DNA from: Psammoneis japonica
Lineage: Eukaryota
Reading direction: 5' to 3'
Assembly (NCBI GenBank): GCA_008632985.1
Contig: QPGO01000006.1
Coordinates: 372,001 to 436,000 of the forward strand
Length of the DNA: 64,000 nt
Positions 62,401 through 64,000 of the stretch are shown here, in pieces (the stretch's first letter is position 1; each line of letters starts with the position of its first letter). The notes below the pieces were generated by a model, which made no database searches, was not told the DNA's origin, and saw only the letters and a program-made list of their open reading frames with translations. A program made the translations under genes and the position numbers.

Positions 62401-64000
62401 GTCACTGAGGTTGGCGCCGGTGTATTCGGGCTTCCTTCTTTAATTATAGTTGGCGAACCTGTGCCGTCGCCGCCAGGAGACAAAGTTGAAGGAATCACAG
62501 TAGGGAAAGTTGTGGCATCACCGCCACCGGGGGCATGCGTCGGTGTCGATGGAATACTGCTTCCTGTTGTCGTGGTTGGAGAGCTCGTACTTCCATCTCC
62601 GGGAGATGGTGTCTGATCTGTGGGGCTATCTCCTCCTGGTGTCATTGTCGGAGAGGAAGGTGCGCTGTCTACTGTGGTCGGCGCCGATGTAGTCGGGCTT
62701 CCTCCGTCGTTCATGGTTGGTGAAATTGTGCTGTCGCTACCAGGAGACAGAGTAGAAGGAATCATGGTAGGTGAAGTTGTGGCATCACCGCCACCGGGGG
62801 AAGCGTCGGTGTCGATGGAATATTACTTCCTGTTGTCGTGGTTGGAGAGCTCGTACTTCCATCTCCAGGCGTCGTTGTCGGAGAGGAGGGTGCGCTGCCC
62901 ACTATGGTTGGCGCCAATGTACTCGGGCTTCCTCCATCGTTCATGGTTGGTGAACCTGTGCCGTCACCACCAGGAGACAAAGTTGAAGGAATCACGGTAG
63001 GGAAAGTTGTGGCATCACCGCCACCAGGGGATAAGGTTGGTGTCGATGGAATATTACTTCCTGTTGTCGTGGTTGGAGAGCTCGTACTTCCATCTCCAGG
63101 CGTCGTTGTCGGAGAGGAGGATGTGCTGGCCACTGTGGTTGGCGCCAATGTACTCGGTCTTCCTCCGTCGTTCATGGTTGGTGAAGCTGTGCTATCGCCA
63201 CCTGGAGACAGAGTTGAAGAATCATGGTAGGTGAAGTTGTGGTATCACCGCCACCAGGTGATAAGGTCGGTGTCGATGGACTATTAGTTCCCGTTGTCAT
63301 GGTTGGAGAGCTCGTACTTCCGTCCTGGTGACGGTGTCTGATCTGTAGGGTCATCTCCGCCTGGTGTCGTTGTCGGAGAGGTGGTGCGTTGTCTACTGTG
63401 GTTGGTGCCAATGTACTTGGGCTTCCTCCTCCATTCATGGTTGGTGAAGCCGTGCCGTCGGCATCATGTGTTCCTCAGCAGTCGGAACCATGGTTGACAC
63501 TTCCACGGTTGGAACGAGCGTTGCGTCCGGTGTCGCTTCCAAGGTTGGCTCTGACGTTGGAGCGACTGTTGTAGCCTCTACCGTCGGACCAAAAGTCGAC
63601 TCTTCTAAACTTGGATTAGTAGTAGGAGCCATGGTTGCCTTGGTAGCATCAATGGTTGGAACGAGAGTTCCGTCCTGTGTCGCTTCCAAGGATGGCTGTA
63701 ACGTTGGAGCGACTGCTGTTGCCTCACAGTAGGAGCAAAAGTTGTTTCTCCCAAACTTACCCGGTAGTAGGAGTCATGGTCGTTGTCTTGGTAGCATCAA
63801 TGGTTGGAACGAGCGTTCCGTCCGGTGTCGCTTCCAAGGATGGCTCTAGCGTTGGAGTGTCCGCTGTAGCCTCTGCAGTAGGCGCGAAAGTTGATTCTTG
63901 TAAACTTGGTTCAGTAGTAGGAGTCAATGTTGTTGTCTTTGTAGCATCGATGGTTGGAACGAGTGTTGTGTCCGGTGTCGCTTCCAAGGATGGCTCGAAG
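56488..64000 (-). CDS. Very large P/T/S/G-rich membrane protein with a C-terminal PDZ-like domain (5' end outside the window; multiple indels)
   Basis: Continuous SPT/PT repeat coding from 64000 to ~58650, TM near 58515-58560, and C-terminal APPGKLQIIIHSTKDGPAVHTVKPGSVL..GDLIIAVDNVDTR. Confidence 0.75.
59400..60690 (-). repeat. Three near-identical 411-bp (137-aa) coding tandem repeats
   Basis: ggtaagccatttaccaatgatggg occurs at 59711, 60122 and 60533. Confidence 0.9.

Noticed and set aside
59400..63400. CRISPR-like regularly spaced repeats
   Set aside because: These are in-frame coding tandem repeats without unique spacers, and no cas genes are present.

Overview
Eukaryotic genomic DNA, most likely from a diatom. 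This is an inference from the 84-96 nt GT-AG introns, a plastid-type bipartite presequence, CRAL-TRIO-like and PS/PT-rich mucin families and the transposon types. About 15 host genes are interleaved with several transposon blocks. Two things stand out. (1) Most transposon blocks (1-3025, ~14500-17540, ~41376-52327) are almost stripped of TpA dinucleotides. Conserved Tyr codons of their RT, endonuclease and protease motifs have become His or Cys (YADD->HADD). This points to repeat-targeted A:T->G:C hypermutation at TpA, the opposite direction to fungal RIP. Host genes, host coding tandem repeats, a Zisupton-like element and a young MITE are spared. (2) A ~2,350-aa six-module enzyme fusion at 6099-13236 (-) joins WG repeats, an O-methyltransferase, a sugar nucleotidyltransferase, a GHMP sugar kinase, a GT4 glycosyltransferase and a radical SAM/SPASM domain. 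It resembles a bacterial operon collapsed into one intron-containing gene and lies head-to-head with a small nucleotidyltransferase. Scattered single-base frameshifts in unrelated genes suggest uncorrected assembly indels. All calls come from motif recognition by eye; no searches were run.
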